In this document: positions 24,817-32,847 of the stretch, in pieces
Position numbering within the stretch: the first letter of the stretch is position 1
Layout: each line of letters opens with the position of its first letter
Origin: Planctomycetia bacterium
GTDB lineage: Bacteria; Planctomycetota; Planctomycetia; Pirellulales; Thermoguttaceae
Length of the DNA stretch: 64,000 bases
NCBI GenBank assembly: GCA_030537455.1
Contig: JAUNMR010000014.1
Location: forward strand, 4,650-68,649
Direction of reading: 5' to 3'
Position numbers and translations under genes: made by a program
The notes under the pieces: model-generated
Database searches by the model: none
Seen by the model: the letters and a program-made list of their open reading frames with translations, nothing else
What the model was told of the DNA's origin: nothing

Positions 24817-26418
24817 TTAACGTTTATTCCAACGCTTGGCGCAATCGATTGTTTCGCGGTACTTCGGGACGTCTGCGGTCGTTTGGTCGGCGTATTCAAT
24901 GAGTCCCCAAGAACCCCATTTGGACCATCGTCCGACAGAGGAGAAATGACACAGAGTACGACCGCCAAGTTCCTCCCACGCCTTGAAATACTCACGATAC
25001 ACCGCGCCCATACGTTCCGTGCCATTAGCGCCGATAAGCAGGTCGTTGAGAGTATCGTGGTCGTTCGCGCCAAAGAGTCCAACGAGACCTTGACCCGATT
25101 CGTAGCAGACCAAAGCCAAACCATAGCGATCCGCTAGCTCCTTCTGTTCGCGCATATGCTTAATCGACTCCGACAAGACATGCGTTTCTACGCGTTCGAG
25201 GATTCCGTCGAGTCCCAACGCCTCATACTCCGGTCGAGCTTCCTCGGAAACTCCCATCTCAAGATAGGGCGCTATCGCCAAAGCGTCGGCGTGTCGCCAA
25301 GCGTCCTGATACGATACGATCTGTTCGCTCACGTAAGCATTGACCGCTTGAGTCGGCAAAATACGCACCAATCTTTCCGTACCGCCAAAGACCTCCTCAA
25401 AGATTGTGAAAATTTCGACAGAACGGCGTGCGGTATACAGCCATGCGGCTTCCCAGTCGGAGGTCGCCAGCCCCAGCTCGCGCCCCTTCGCCGCGCTACG
25501 ACGATACTGCTCAAACGATGGGTTCCATACCTCGTTGGAATATTCCACATAGACCTTGCGCGTCGCGTCGAGATTGGCGTGGAGCGTCTGCGCCATGTTT
25601 TTAACATAATCGTCGTCGGCGTCGTCGGGAACGCAAATCCAAAGGTCGGCGTCAACGTGACTGATAAAGTCGCAAATGATTTCCAGCGGCATGCCGCGCA
25701 AGGCGTAACTTGCGTCGGTCGGCTTGGGACGTTCCGACCAGGTACGCGTCGAATTGTTATTCGTCGCCTGCCAGTCCATCGTGCGAAAGACCTTCATGAC
25801 GCTCCAGCGCTTTAGGAACTGTGGATTCCAGACGCCACACTCCGCGCGCGACTCTTGCGAACCGTAACCTGGTAGATAGACGTGAATATTGCGAACATAG
25901 TCCTCGGGGTCGGTCTCGACAATACGCAACCAGAACGCCTCGTTGTTAGAATCGACGTCAATGAGCGTTTTGCCAGGAGCCTCTTGCGTCACGCGCGCAT
26001 TGCCAAACTCCAGCTTGCCACGACCGTCGTAGAGAACCGTATAGACCCCTGAAGGATAATGACCGCCGGAGATTGTACACAACGGAACCTCCGCGAAGCA
26101 GTCTGCCTCTAGGCGCTTGACCCAACCGTGCTCGTCGAGTTCAAGAGCCGGACCGGCGCCCCAGGACGCGCCACGACGCTGACTTATCCACTGGCGCGAT
26201 TCAAGGAATACGTCTACAAAAGGAAGCTCTGTATTCCAGTCGCACAAACCCGCAAGATTGAGTCCCATAATCGGCGCGGAACCTAGTTTCGCGTCCACTT
26301 CACGTAGACGCGTTGCGCGCTGTGCGTCGCTCGGCTGTGCCATCGCGACGCAACAGGAACAGATTGTCACAACGCAAAACAGCGTCTGTACAAACCTTAA
26401 AATCCGAAAGGTAAACAT
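24817..26418 (-). CDS. Secreted putative glycoside hydrolase (TIM-barrel, clan GH-A-like)
   Basis: 533 aa with a signal peptide (MFTFRILRFVQTLFCVVTICSCCVAMAQP). VYVEYSNEVWN resembles the acid/base NE strand of clan GH-A enzymes. The family is not assigned. Confidence 0.45.
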   Translation of the reverse strand: MFTFRILRFVQTLFCVVTICSCCVAMAQPSDAQRATRLREVDAKLGSAPIMGLNLAGLCDWNTELPFVDVFLESRQWISQRRGASWGAGPALELDEHGWVKRLEADCFAEVPLCTISGGHYPSGVYTVLYDGRGKLEFGNARVTQEAPGKTLIDVDSNNEAFWLRIVETDPEDYVRNIHVYLPGYGSQESRAECGVWNPQFLKRWSVMKVFRTMDWQATNNNSTRTWSERPKPTDASYALRGMPLEIICDFISHVDADLWICVPDDADDDYVKNMAQTLHANLDATRKVYVEYSNEVWNPSFEQYRRSAAKGRELGLATSDWEAAWLYTARRSVEIFTIFEEVFGGTERLVRILPTQAVNAYVSEQIVSYQDAWRHADALAIAPYLEMGVSEEARPEYEALGLDGILERVETHVLSESIKHMREQKELADRYGLALVCYESGQGLVGLFGANDHDTLNDLLIGANGTERMGAVYREYFKAWEELGGRTLCHFSSVGRWSKWGSWGLIEYADQTTADVPKYRETIDCAKRWNKR

Positions 26419-26437
26419 TGGCGCGAGAACCTCGATA

Positions 26438-26929
26438 CTACTTTTTCGTTTTAATCATGAGGGTGTGGGACGGCACGTCGTAAACGTACTGATCCCCTTC
26501 GGGAAGTTTAGGCAGGACAATGTTGTTTTCGCGAATAATACGCTGATCAAATTCTTCCGGACTATTCGGATAGCGCCCTTCGCTCGCTTGGAAAAGATTC
26601 AACGCGTGGGGAATTTGCATATCGAAAACGGAACGCTCCTGCGCGGCAAAGTAGGCGGAAATCGGCACCGTAACGATCGACATTGGCTCCTCAGAAGTCA
26701 CGCCGTACTGACCTTTACCGGTGGCGCCGACTCCGGCGCGTTTGAGCTCGTATTCGTCCTCCTGCTGCGCACGCGCCTCTTCTTCGGCGCGTTTAGCTTC
26801 CTGTTCCGCTTGGGACTGCTGCGCTACTTCTTCAGAAATTTGCGGCGGTTCAATCGGTTCGGAACAACCTTGTGCGAAACACAGCGCGAGACCTAAAGCG
26901 ACGACAATCGAAAAGGAACTCTTTTTCAT
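26438..26929 (-). CDS. Lipoprotein (163 aa)
   Basis: The signal plus lipobox reads MKKSSFSIVVALGLALCFAQG|C. A Glu/Gln-rich linker follows. The C-terminal part (ALNLFQASEGRYPNSPEEF...LPEGDQYVYD) loosely recalls a pseudopilin globular domain. Confidence 0.7.
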   Translation of the reverse strand: MKKSSFSIVVALGLALCFAQGCSEPIEPPQISEEVAQQSQAEQEAKRAEEEARAQQEDEYELKRAGVGATGKGQYGVTSEEPMSIVTVPISAYFAAQERSVFDMQIPHALNLFQASEGRYPNSPEEFDQRIIRENNIVLPKLPEGDQYVYDVPSHTLMIKTKK

Positions 26930-26977
26930 GGAATCTCCTTGTCAAATCTCTATCTACACGACACGAAGGTCCAAACG

Positions 26978-27874
26978 TCACGGGCAACGATTGAATTCGT
27001 ATAAAAAAATACCGACCGACACGCCCAGATTGAGCGAGTCGACGTCTGAGCGCATAGGAATAATAAGTTTAGCGTCACAAGCCGCCACGACCTCGGGCGT
27101 TAGACCGAAGTACTCGTTTCCAAAGACAAAAGCGACGTGGCGTTCTGACGTCAAGCGTTGAGCGTTATACTCCGTCAAGGGGTGGGAATCACGATCAAGA
27201 GTAGTAGCATAAAAACGCACGCCCCACTCTCGGCGCACCGTCGCCATCTCTTCACACAGGTCGTTGGCACAGTAGATCGGCGTCTGTAATACCCCGCCCA
27301 TGGAGACGCGTAACGCACGTCGTGAAAATGGATCGCAACACTGCGATCCAAGAATTACCGCTTCCGCGTCGAGCGCCGCGGCGCAACGAAAGGCTAGACC
27401 GAGATTATCGGGCTTGGTCGCGTCGGGAAGAACGACCCAGGCGCGACGTTGTGAGCGTGCGTCACGCTCGACCACTGACAAGTTCGAGTCGAGGTCGCGA
27501 CGCTCCACGCCGCTGAAATAGTTCGCCATACCCTCGGTCAACGTCGGGAGGGACGCGCGACGCCCCACCGCCAAGACGCCCTGATGGAACTGAAAACCTA
27601 CGAGTCGATTTATCGATTGGCGATCTTTCAGATAATAGACCGGCACATTCGGCGACGCAAGCGCTAAAACCGACTCCGCCGTGCCGTTCTCTTTATGCGT
27701 CAGCAAGATCGATTCGACCTGAAAACGCGAACACAAGAGTCGCTCCACCACCAGCGCCCCCTCGGCGATAAAGAGCGACTCCCCGCGCAATGTGCGCTCA
27801 CGCAGATTCATATAGGGCGCCACGCGCGAGTCTTCTAGGCTATCTATTACAGTGAACCGATCTTCAAACGCCAT
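26978..27874 (-). CDS. TrmH/SpoU-family RNA 2'-O-methyltransferase
   Basis: VFGNEYFGLTPEV and LIIPMRSDVDSLNLGVSVGIFLYEF match SpoU methylase motifs 2 and 3. An N-terminal substrate-binding-like domain precedes them. Confidence 0.8.
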   Translation of the reverse strand: MAFEDRFTVIDSLEDSRVAPYMNLRERTLRGESLFIAEGALVVERLLCSRFQVESILLTHKENGTAESVLALASPNVPVYYLKDRQSINRLVGFQFHQGVLAVGRRASLPTLTEGMANYFSGVERRDLDSNLSVVERDARSQRRAWVVLPDATKPDNLGLAFRCAAALDAEAVILGSQCCDPFSRRALRVSMGGVLQTPIYCANDLCEEMATVRREWGVRFYATTLDRDSHPLTEYNAQRLTSERHVAFVFGNEYFGLTPEVVAACDAKLIIPMRSDVDSLNLGVSVGIFLYEFNRCP

Positions 27875-28232
27875 GGGTAGTTGCGTATCGTTAAAAGGGG
27901 ACGACGTCTCATGCGACGCTGTTCGTTGTCAAATAGCCGTTTCTCACGTGGCGACAGCGAGACTTAGCAGTTCGGACGCGGCAATAAAAAAAAACGCGCT
28001 CGACCATTTTCACATTGTAGCGAAACTCTACGTCTGTTCAATCCTACGCTCCGGGACAATACCGACTTTATACGCGCTTTAATTTTAACCTATTTTATTC
28101 ATTCCGCGCTACTGTATTTTTATGAGCGTTAAAGGTCGCGATTCCACGGTAAACTTCACAAAAACCAGAATATCTCGCGCTTCAAAGGTCGATAAAACTA
28201 AAAACGTCGGATCAAACTGTAGGTGAAGCGCC

Positions 28233-29006
28233 ATGGACGAGAAGCTAGAACAACAAGAAATTGCCGAACTCAAGCAGAAAATCGCGCGGCTGGAGGAGAC
28301 CGTGCGTGAACTTCAGTCGCTCTCCGTCATAGGCGAACTAGCCGGTACAACGGCGCACGAGTTTAATAATATCCTTACGCTTACGATCAATTACGCAAAG
28401 ATGGGGCTACGGCACGAAGATGAAGAAACGCGCACAAAAGCCTTTACGAAGATTCTAGACGCGTCGAATCGCGCAGCGAAAATTGTAGGCGTCGTTTTGG
28501 GAATGGCACGCAATCGTAAACAGGGCAAGGAACCAACGGATCTCACGGCGCTCGTCGACGACGTGCTCATGCTTCTGGAGAAGGAAATGAACAAGTACCG
28601 TATCACGGTGGAACGTAAGTTCGACGCGATTCCCCTTGTTCAAATCAACGCCAATCAGATCCAGCAAGCGCTTATTAATCTGCTGGTGAATGCGCGTCAG
28701 GCCTCCTCCCAAGGCAGTCGAATTGTGGTCGTTCTACGCAAAAGCAAGAGCAAGGGCTTTGTCGAGGTTGTCATTCGCGACTACGGCGTAGGGATACCGA
28801 AGGAGAGTCTGCCACAAATCTTCGACGCCTTCTATTCGACCAAATCCGGTCCCGACGAAACCGGCAAAGGAGGTTCCGGTCTGGGACTCGCTATGTGTAA
28901 AAGAATCATTGAAGAACATAAGGGAAAGATTCGCGTCGATAGTACCCCAGGCAAAGGAACGGCGTTTACTCTTAAATTACCGATCGCAGAACAAAACGAG
29001 GAATAA
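28233..29006 (+). CDS. Soluble sensor histidine kinase (coiled coil + HisKA + HATPase_c)
   Basis: H-box TAHEFNNILT, N-box LINLLVNARQA, and G-boxes RDYGVGIP and GSGLGLAMCKRI. There is no transmembrane or sensor domain, and no response regulator is encoded next to it. Confidence 0.85.
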   Translation: MDEKLEQQEIAELKQKIARLEETVRELQSLSVIGELAGTTAHEFNNILTLTINYAKMGLRHEDEETRTKAFTKILDASNRAAKIVGVVLGMARNRKQGKEPTDLTALVDDVLMLLEKEMNKYRITVERKFDAIPLVQINANQIQQALINLLVNARQASSQGSRIVVVLRKSKSKGFVEVVIRDYGVGIPKESLPQIFDAFYSTKSGPDETGKGGSGLGLAMCKRIIEEHKGKIRVDSTPGKGTAFTLKLPIAEQNEE

Positions 29007-29199
29007 CTCAAACCGTCGCTCACGAACGTCATATAAAATTGCGTAAAAAAATAAACTTTCACTGGAAATGGCGCGCTGACTGTGTATACTAAGGTTACGC
29101 TCGTGTTCGCGACGCCGTATGCGCGTGACGAACGGTTACGCTGGAATATTCCAAAACCTTGTTGTTTACACTCGTTTGCTGTTCGATTAGGAATAAACG

Positions 29200-29382
29200 A
29201 TGTCAAAGTTCTTATGCTTGCTCTCGGCGTCGATCTCGGCGTTAATCCTACTAGTTTATCTACTTGACATTGTCGTCGGCGTTCCCTTCAAAAAGGCCAA
29301 TTCGTTACTCGATATTATCTTCATCATTTTTGCCGCCGGCGTAGCGACCCTGAGCGTCTTGACCTTGCGTAGCGTAAAGTAA
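29200..29382 (+). CDS. Small two-helix membrane protein (60 aa), hypothetical
   Basis: MSKFLCLLSASISALILLVYLLD...IIFIIFAAGVATLSVLTL has two clear hydrophobic helices. An AGGA lies 7 nt upstream of the ATG. Confidence 0.4.
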   Translation: MSKFLCLLSASISALILLVYLLDIVVGVPFKKANSLLDIIFIIFAAGVATLSVLTLRSVK

Positions 29383-29581
29383 CGCCGTCCCTTTTTTTGC
29401 CCTGACCGCTGTTGAAGCGCTATTCGATTACGACGTCTTGAGCTGTGAAACGTTGCCAACGTAAGTCTTTGTCGCAACTAACGTTGACAGCGTTGGTCTT
29501 TGTATACAGGAAGCGCTTGATAAAAACTAACGTCATGCGAGTAATGCGTTAGATTCAGTACGATTCTAGTAGAGCAAGCAC

Positions 29582-29610
29582 AAAAAAACGCTCCACAGTG
29601 GGAGCGTTTT
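29582..29610 (-). terminator. Intrinsic terminator with no annotated gene upstream (orphan)
   Basis: The minus strand reads aaaacgctcc cactgt ggagcgtttt followed by ttt. That is a 10-bp stem with 7 consecutive T on the minus strand but only 4 on the plus strand. Confidence 0.6.
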
Positions 29611-29761
29611 AATATAAAAGGAACCTTCCCGAACAAAACGCGACCACAGAATGAGCCGCTTCGAGACGGATGAACGCCTAGCGTGCACCTGCACAAGCCG
29701 TTGATGGCATTGATCCACGTAAATTTTGACCTTCCGGGCATCTTATCCGAAAAGATTCCCG
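29582..29761 (-). ncRNA. Candidate ~180-nt small RNA (promoter-to-terminator unit), family unknown
   Basis: It is bounded by TTGAAA-N16-TACAAT (29795-29768, minus strand) and the terminator at 29610-29582. The only ORF here (87 aa, 29478-29741) reads straight through the terminator hairpin. Confidence 0.35.
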
Positions 29762-29767
29762 AGTGCT

Positions 29768-29795
29768 ATTGTATCATTGAGAATATTTCTTTCAA
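29768..29795 (-). promoter_or_regulatory. Candidate sigma70-type promoter TTGAAA-N16-TACAAT
   Basis: The minus strand reads ttgaaa gaaatattctcaatga tacaat. Confidence 0.35.
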
Positions 29796-29805
29796 GTAGT
29801 ATAAT
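29777..29805 (+). promoter_or_regulatory. Candidate sigma70-type promoter TTGAGA-N17-TATAAT, back-to-back with the minus-strand promoter
   Basis: ttgaga atatttctttcaagtag tataat. Its -35 box lies between the -10 and -35 boxes of the minus-strand promoter. Confidence 0.3.
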
Positions 29806-29934
29806 CTCGCCGTTTTCAGTTTTTTAAAAGTTCTTGACGCGGTCGTCTCGTTTCTGGAATCGCTATTTGTTACCATACCGTCAGGCATTGCTCATTACGT
29901 ATCCTGAGATTTCAGCGCCCCGCCTCTTAAATAA

Positions 29935-29963
29935 TTGACGTCCGACGACCTTGCCCTTATGAT
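29935..29963 (+). promoter_or_regulatory. Candidate sigma70-type promoter TTGACG-N17-TATGAT upstream of the GH43-like gene
   Basis: ttgacg tccgacgaccttgccct tatgat. It lies about 90 nt upstream of the ATG at 30055. Confidence 0.35.
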
Positions 29964-30054
29964 ATAGAGCGCTTCAAGGGCAATTCATCTGTTTACTGCC
30001 TAACGCCCATTACCTCCCCCGCCAGGTTTTAGCCTGGTTATAAAGGTTAAACAA

Positions 30055-31077
30055 ATGCGATTATTTACCACTGTCTTACTTGCCGCAACGTTCGCGCTTG
30101 CTATGGCGTTCGCCTCCACAAACTATGCCGAGGAAACCTCAACCGCCCCTAAGGACGCGCCAGCCTTTAAGTCTGGACCGGGAATCGAATCTGGCTACTA
30201 CGTTTTCTGTTATTTCCGAGACAACGGTCAAGACGGCTTACATTACGCAGTCAGTCGTGACGGATACAAGTGGACGCCGCTCAATAACGACGAAAGCGTC
30301 CTCATGCCCCCGGTCGATAAGAATACCAAGCTCATTCGCGACCCGAGTATCACGCGCGGTTCTGACGGAATCTTTCGCATGGTGTGGACCGTCGCTTGGG
30401 ATGGTCGTCACTTCGGATACGCTTGTAGCGACGACCTGATCGAATGGCGCGACGCGATCGCTGTTCCCGCAATGGACTTCGAACCAACCACGCGCAATAC
30501 CTGGGCGCCGGAAATCTTCTACGACGAACCTTCGGAGCAGTTCTATATATTCTGGTCCTCGACCATCCCGGGCCGTTTCTCGCCCGCCGATCAGGGCACG
30601 AGCGAAACGAAATACGATCATCGCGCCTATTACACTACAACGAAAGATTTCAAAACCTTTACCCCGACGAAAATCTTCTTTAATCCTGACCACAACGTAA
30701 TCGACGGCTTCCTCTTTAAGAAAAACGACTCATATTACCTCTTCTATAAAGACGAAACCCTCTTCCCTGAAGCGAAGAAGATTATCCTCTACGCTAAAAG
30801 CGATTCACCCGAAGGACCATGGACCAAAGGCGTGAGAGTCTCACCACAGAATTGGGTGGAAGGTCCGAGCGTCTTAGACGTCAACGGCGACTGGCTACTC
30901 TATTACGACTGCTATACCGCCAATAAGTACGCCGGTATGCGTTCCCTCGACGGAGAAAACTGGGAAGACGTCTCCGATTGGATCTCTTTCCCAAAAAATA
31001 TTCACCATGGAACGACCTTTGAAGTTCCAAAAGACGTTTACGAAAAACTCGTTGAAAAATACGGTATTATGAAATAA
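30055..31077 (+). CDS. Secreted glycoside hydrolase, GH43-like five-bladed beta-propeller
   Basis: It has a signal peptide. The motifs LIRDPSITRGSDG, NTWAPEIFYD, NVIDGFLFKKNDSYYLFY and WVEGPSVLDVNGDWLLYY match the Asp/Asp/Glu motif contexts of GH43 (clan GH-F). Confidence 0.7.
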   Translation: MRLFTTVLLAATFALAMAFASTNYAEETSTAPKDAPAFKSGPGIESGYYVFCYFRDNGQDGLHYAVSRDGYKWTPLNNDESVLMPPVDKNTKLIRDPSITRGSDGIFRMVWTVAWDGRHFGYACSDDLIEWRDAIAVPAMDFEPTTRNTWAPEIFYDEPSEQFYIFWSSTIPGRFSPADQGTSETKYDHRAYYTTTKDFKTFTPTKIFFNPDHNVIDGFLFKKNDSYYLFYKDETLFPEAKKIILYAKSDSPEGPWTKGVRVSPQNWVEGPSVLDVNGDWLLYYDCYTANKYAGMRSLDGENWEDVSDWISFPKNIHHGTTFEVPKDVYEKLVEKYGIMK

Positions 31078-31159
31078 GACGTCAAGTTATAACCGACGTT
31101 AATTACAGTACTTACAAACAAACAACGTCGCGTCGTCAACGTCAACGAAAAGGTCAAGG

Positions 31160-31202
31160 AAACGCCGACGTCTCCTCCAACGAGGGGGGGACGTCGGCGT
31201 TT
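31160..31202. terminator. Bidirectional intrinsic terminator at a convergent junction
   Basis: aaacgccgacgtc ...loop... gacgtcggcgttt forms a 13-bp stem, and ctcttttt follows on the plus strand. Confidence 0.6.
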
Positions 31203-31279
31203 CTCTTTTTAAAGATACATCGTTTCCGGTCAATCTAACGATCCTATTCACAGTGTCGCGCGTAAGTCGTCAATCAAGG

Positions 31280-32521
31280 TCATTCCACTGGTTCAATGAG
31301 GATCAAGACGTCGTAATACACGCCTTTTTTCGCAGTTAAATTCGTCACACTGTCCATTATCCCGTTGGATTCGGTTTCCTTTTTCGGCAGAACCATCGGC
31401 ACCATTCCCAGGTCGATAATCGCGCACTTGCCTTGTGGAATTGAAATCTTCCCTCGGAAATCACAGGACACAATCGACGGCTTTTCCACATTCAACTGCT
31501 GACGTGGCGCGGCGGGGGTCGGCACGCGCATGGCTAGGGCGCGCCATTTCTCAACCACAGTACAGCGATAGCGAAAAGACGTCTCGAGAACCTCGCCGGT
31601 CGTCGATAGTAGCGGCGTGGTCTCGATTCGAAAACCTTGATCGACCGAGGCGACGTCAGAAACATAGCCGGCGGCAACGGAGGAGTCAAGGAGATAGTCG
31701 CGAGTATAGGCGCGACGTGGCGCCGCCGCGGCCCAGCCGAAGGTTTCGCCATTGGGCACGACGTTATTGACGGAATTGAGCAAGACATAATCTGACCGAC
31801 GTTGCAGATCCGACTGAACCTTTGCCATATCGCCCTGATCTAGGAGCCAGCTCTGCACGTCCGCGCCATTGCCCACGACAGTTGTGTGAGTCGTTGAAAG
31901 ATACTGACTCACTCGCATGCGCCATTCTGGCGACTGCAAAACCACAACCTTAATAGCGAAGGAAGTTGCACGCTTGTCAACGTCGAGAAATCGGTCGACA
32001 ATATTGGCGACGTACTGCTGAACCTTCTCGGTATGATAGACGTAGAGTCGCTCGCGAGTCGCTGACAAAACACAGAACGGGTCTTTATGCCAAAACTCTT
32101 CTCCGGAATCGAGGAGTATCCAATCTAGAATCGAGCGTTGGGGTTCGCTAACATTGGGAAACCGTTCACAGTAGGGCGCAATGTCATAGACGACCCAGAA
32201 TTGTCCTTGGGAGTCTGGCAATTTGGTCAATTCTAAGGAGTATCGTGTCGTTCTTGGTCCAACAAACCCCTCCTCCGTCGTGGCGCCCGTGGCGTCGGTA
32301 GAAGAGCTAGCGCTTCGGTTCCCTTGCGATTGAGTCGTGTCGCCTGTATTGGAGTCACGCCACGTTGCGCCGGCGGGGGAAGACGCTATGTTTGAGACGG
32401 CGCTCTGAGCAAGACAGAACGTCACGCCAGACCAATTCGCCAAGCACAGGAGCGCAACGACAAACCGGATGCTAAGGCGTAGCAAGAGCGCCGACGTGGG
32501 CGTTAACGACTTCTCGAACAT
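31280..32521 (-). CDS. Secreted protein with a divergent secretin-like C-terminal domain
   Basis: The ATG at 32521 gives a signal peptide (MFEKSLTPTSALLLRLSIRFVVALLCLANWSGVTFCLAQS). The track start at 32698 adds 59 Arg-rich residues. The C-terminal 190 aa align by eye to the secretin domain pattern: VLLNSVNNVVPNGE.., GFRIETTPLLSTTGEVLETSF, KPSIVSCDFRGKISIPQGKCAIIDLGMV and YDVLILIEPVE. Confidence 0.45.
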   Translation of the reverse strand: MFEKSLTPTSALLLRLSIRFVVALLCLANWSGVTFCLAQSAVSNIASSPAGATWRDSNTGDTTQSQGNRSASSSTDATGATTEEGFVGPRTTRYSLELTKLPDSQGQFWVVYDIAPYCERFPNVSEPQRSILDWILLDSGEEFWHKDPFCVLSATRERLYVYHTEKVQQYVANIVDRFLDVDKRATSFAIKVVVLQSPEWRMRVSQYLSTTHTTVVGNGADVQSWLLDQGDMAKVQSDLQRRSDYVLLNSVNNVVPNGETFGWAAAAPRRAYTRDYLLDSSVAAGYVSDVASVDQGFRIETTPLLSTTGEVLETSFRYRCTVVEKWRALAMRVPTPAAPRQQLNVEKPSIVSCDFRGKISIPQGKCAIIDLGMVPMVLPKKETESNGIMDSVTNLTAKKGVYYDVLILIEPVE

Positions 32522-32577
32522 AGTCTTCTCGATTATCGGTTCAGAGCTAGGGGGATTGACTTGACCATTGCGCCTGT

Positions 32578-32590
32578 TTCTAACACGTGG
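32578..32590. promoter_or_regulatory. CACGTG-core box TTCTAACACGTGG (copy 1)
   Basis: An exact 13-mer is shared with 34318-34330. It lies in the divergent intergenic region, 57 nt upstream of the secretin-like gene start and 258 nt upstream of the dehydrogenase gene start. Confidence 0.25.
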
Positions 32591-32847
32591 AAGCAAGGGG
32601 CGTTGAGTACGCCGACGCTGTCGCGTTTCGCACGGCAAGCGGCGCCGTATTATATTCTTTTTCGACGTTCTCGACAACGTGAATTTCCACACGCTCAATC
32701 TTAAAAGTTCGGCATTTTAGCGGATTAATCCTTAAATCACACTTGGATCTGTGTATAATCAACGAAGTTGCTTTTTCCCATTGACAGCGTTCGCGCGGTC
32801 AGTGGATCCGTTTTTTGGGGTCGTTTTTTGGGTACCGAGGTAAAAAA

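Noticed and set aside
26438-26929. The idea that the 163-aa lipoprotein is a lipidated pseudopilin.
   Set aside because: Only a loose Y..G.YP-like resemblance in the C-terminal part supports it. There is no prepilin leader or N-terminal helix, so the evidence is too weak to claim.
29478-29741. An 87-aa minus-strand ORF inside the sRNA candidate.
   Set aside because: It reads straight through the intrinsic terminator hairpin (..KRSHCGAFF..). It has no Shine-Dalgarno, and its product is Cys/Arg-rich without features.
29582-29761. Whether the sRNA candidate is 6S RNA, SRP RNA, tmRNA or RNase P RNA.
   Set aside because: I could not find the diagnostic elements by eye: the SRP GGAAGCAGCC-type domain IV, the tmRNA acceptor end and tag ORF, the RNase P GAGGAAAGUCC box, or 6S-type end-to-end pairing of the 5' and 3' ends. 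The family is left unassigned.
32522-32698. The N-terminal 59-residue extension of the secretin-like ORF, along with similar upstream extensions in the ORF track: 13309-13344, 14789-14899, 15711-15764, 16769-16792, 32815-32847 and 52970-53032.
   Set aside because: Some of these extensions start at TTG codons (13344, 15764, 16792, 52970). They lack Shine-Dalgarno sequences or bury signal peptides and Rossmann motifs internally. Downstream ATGs give canonical N-termini. Start positions remain uncertain without experimental data.
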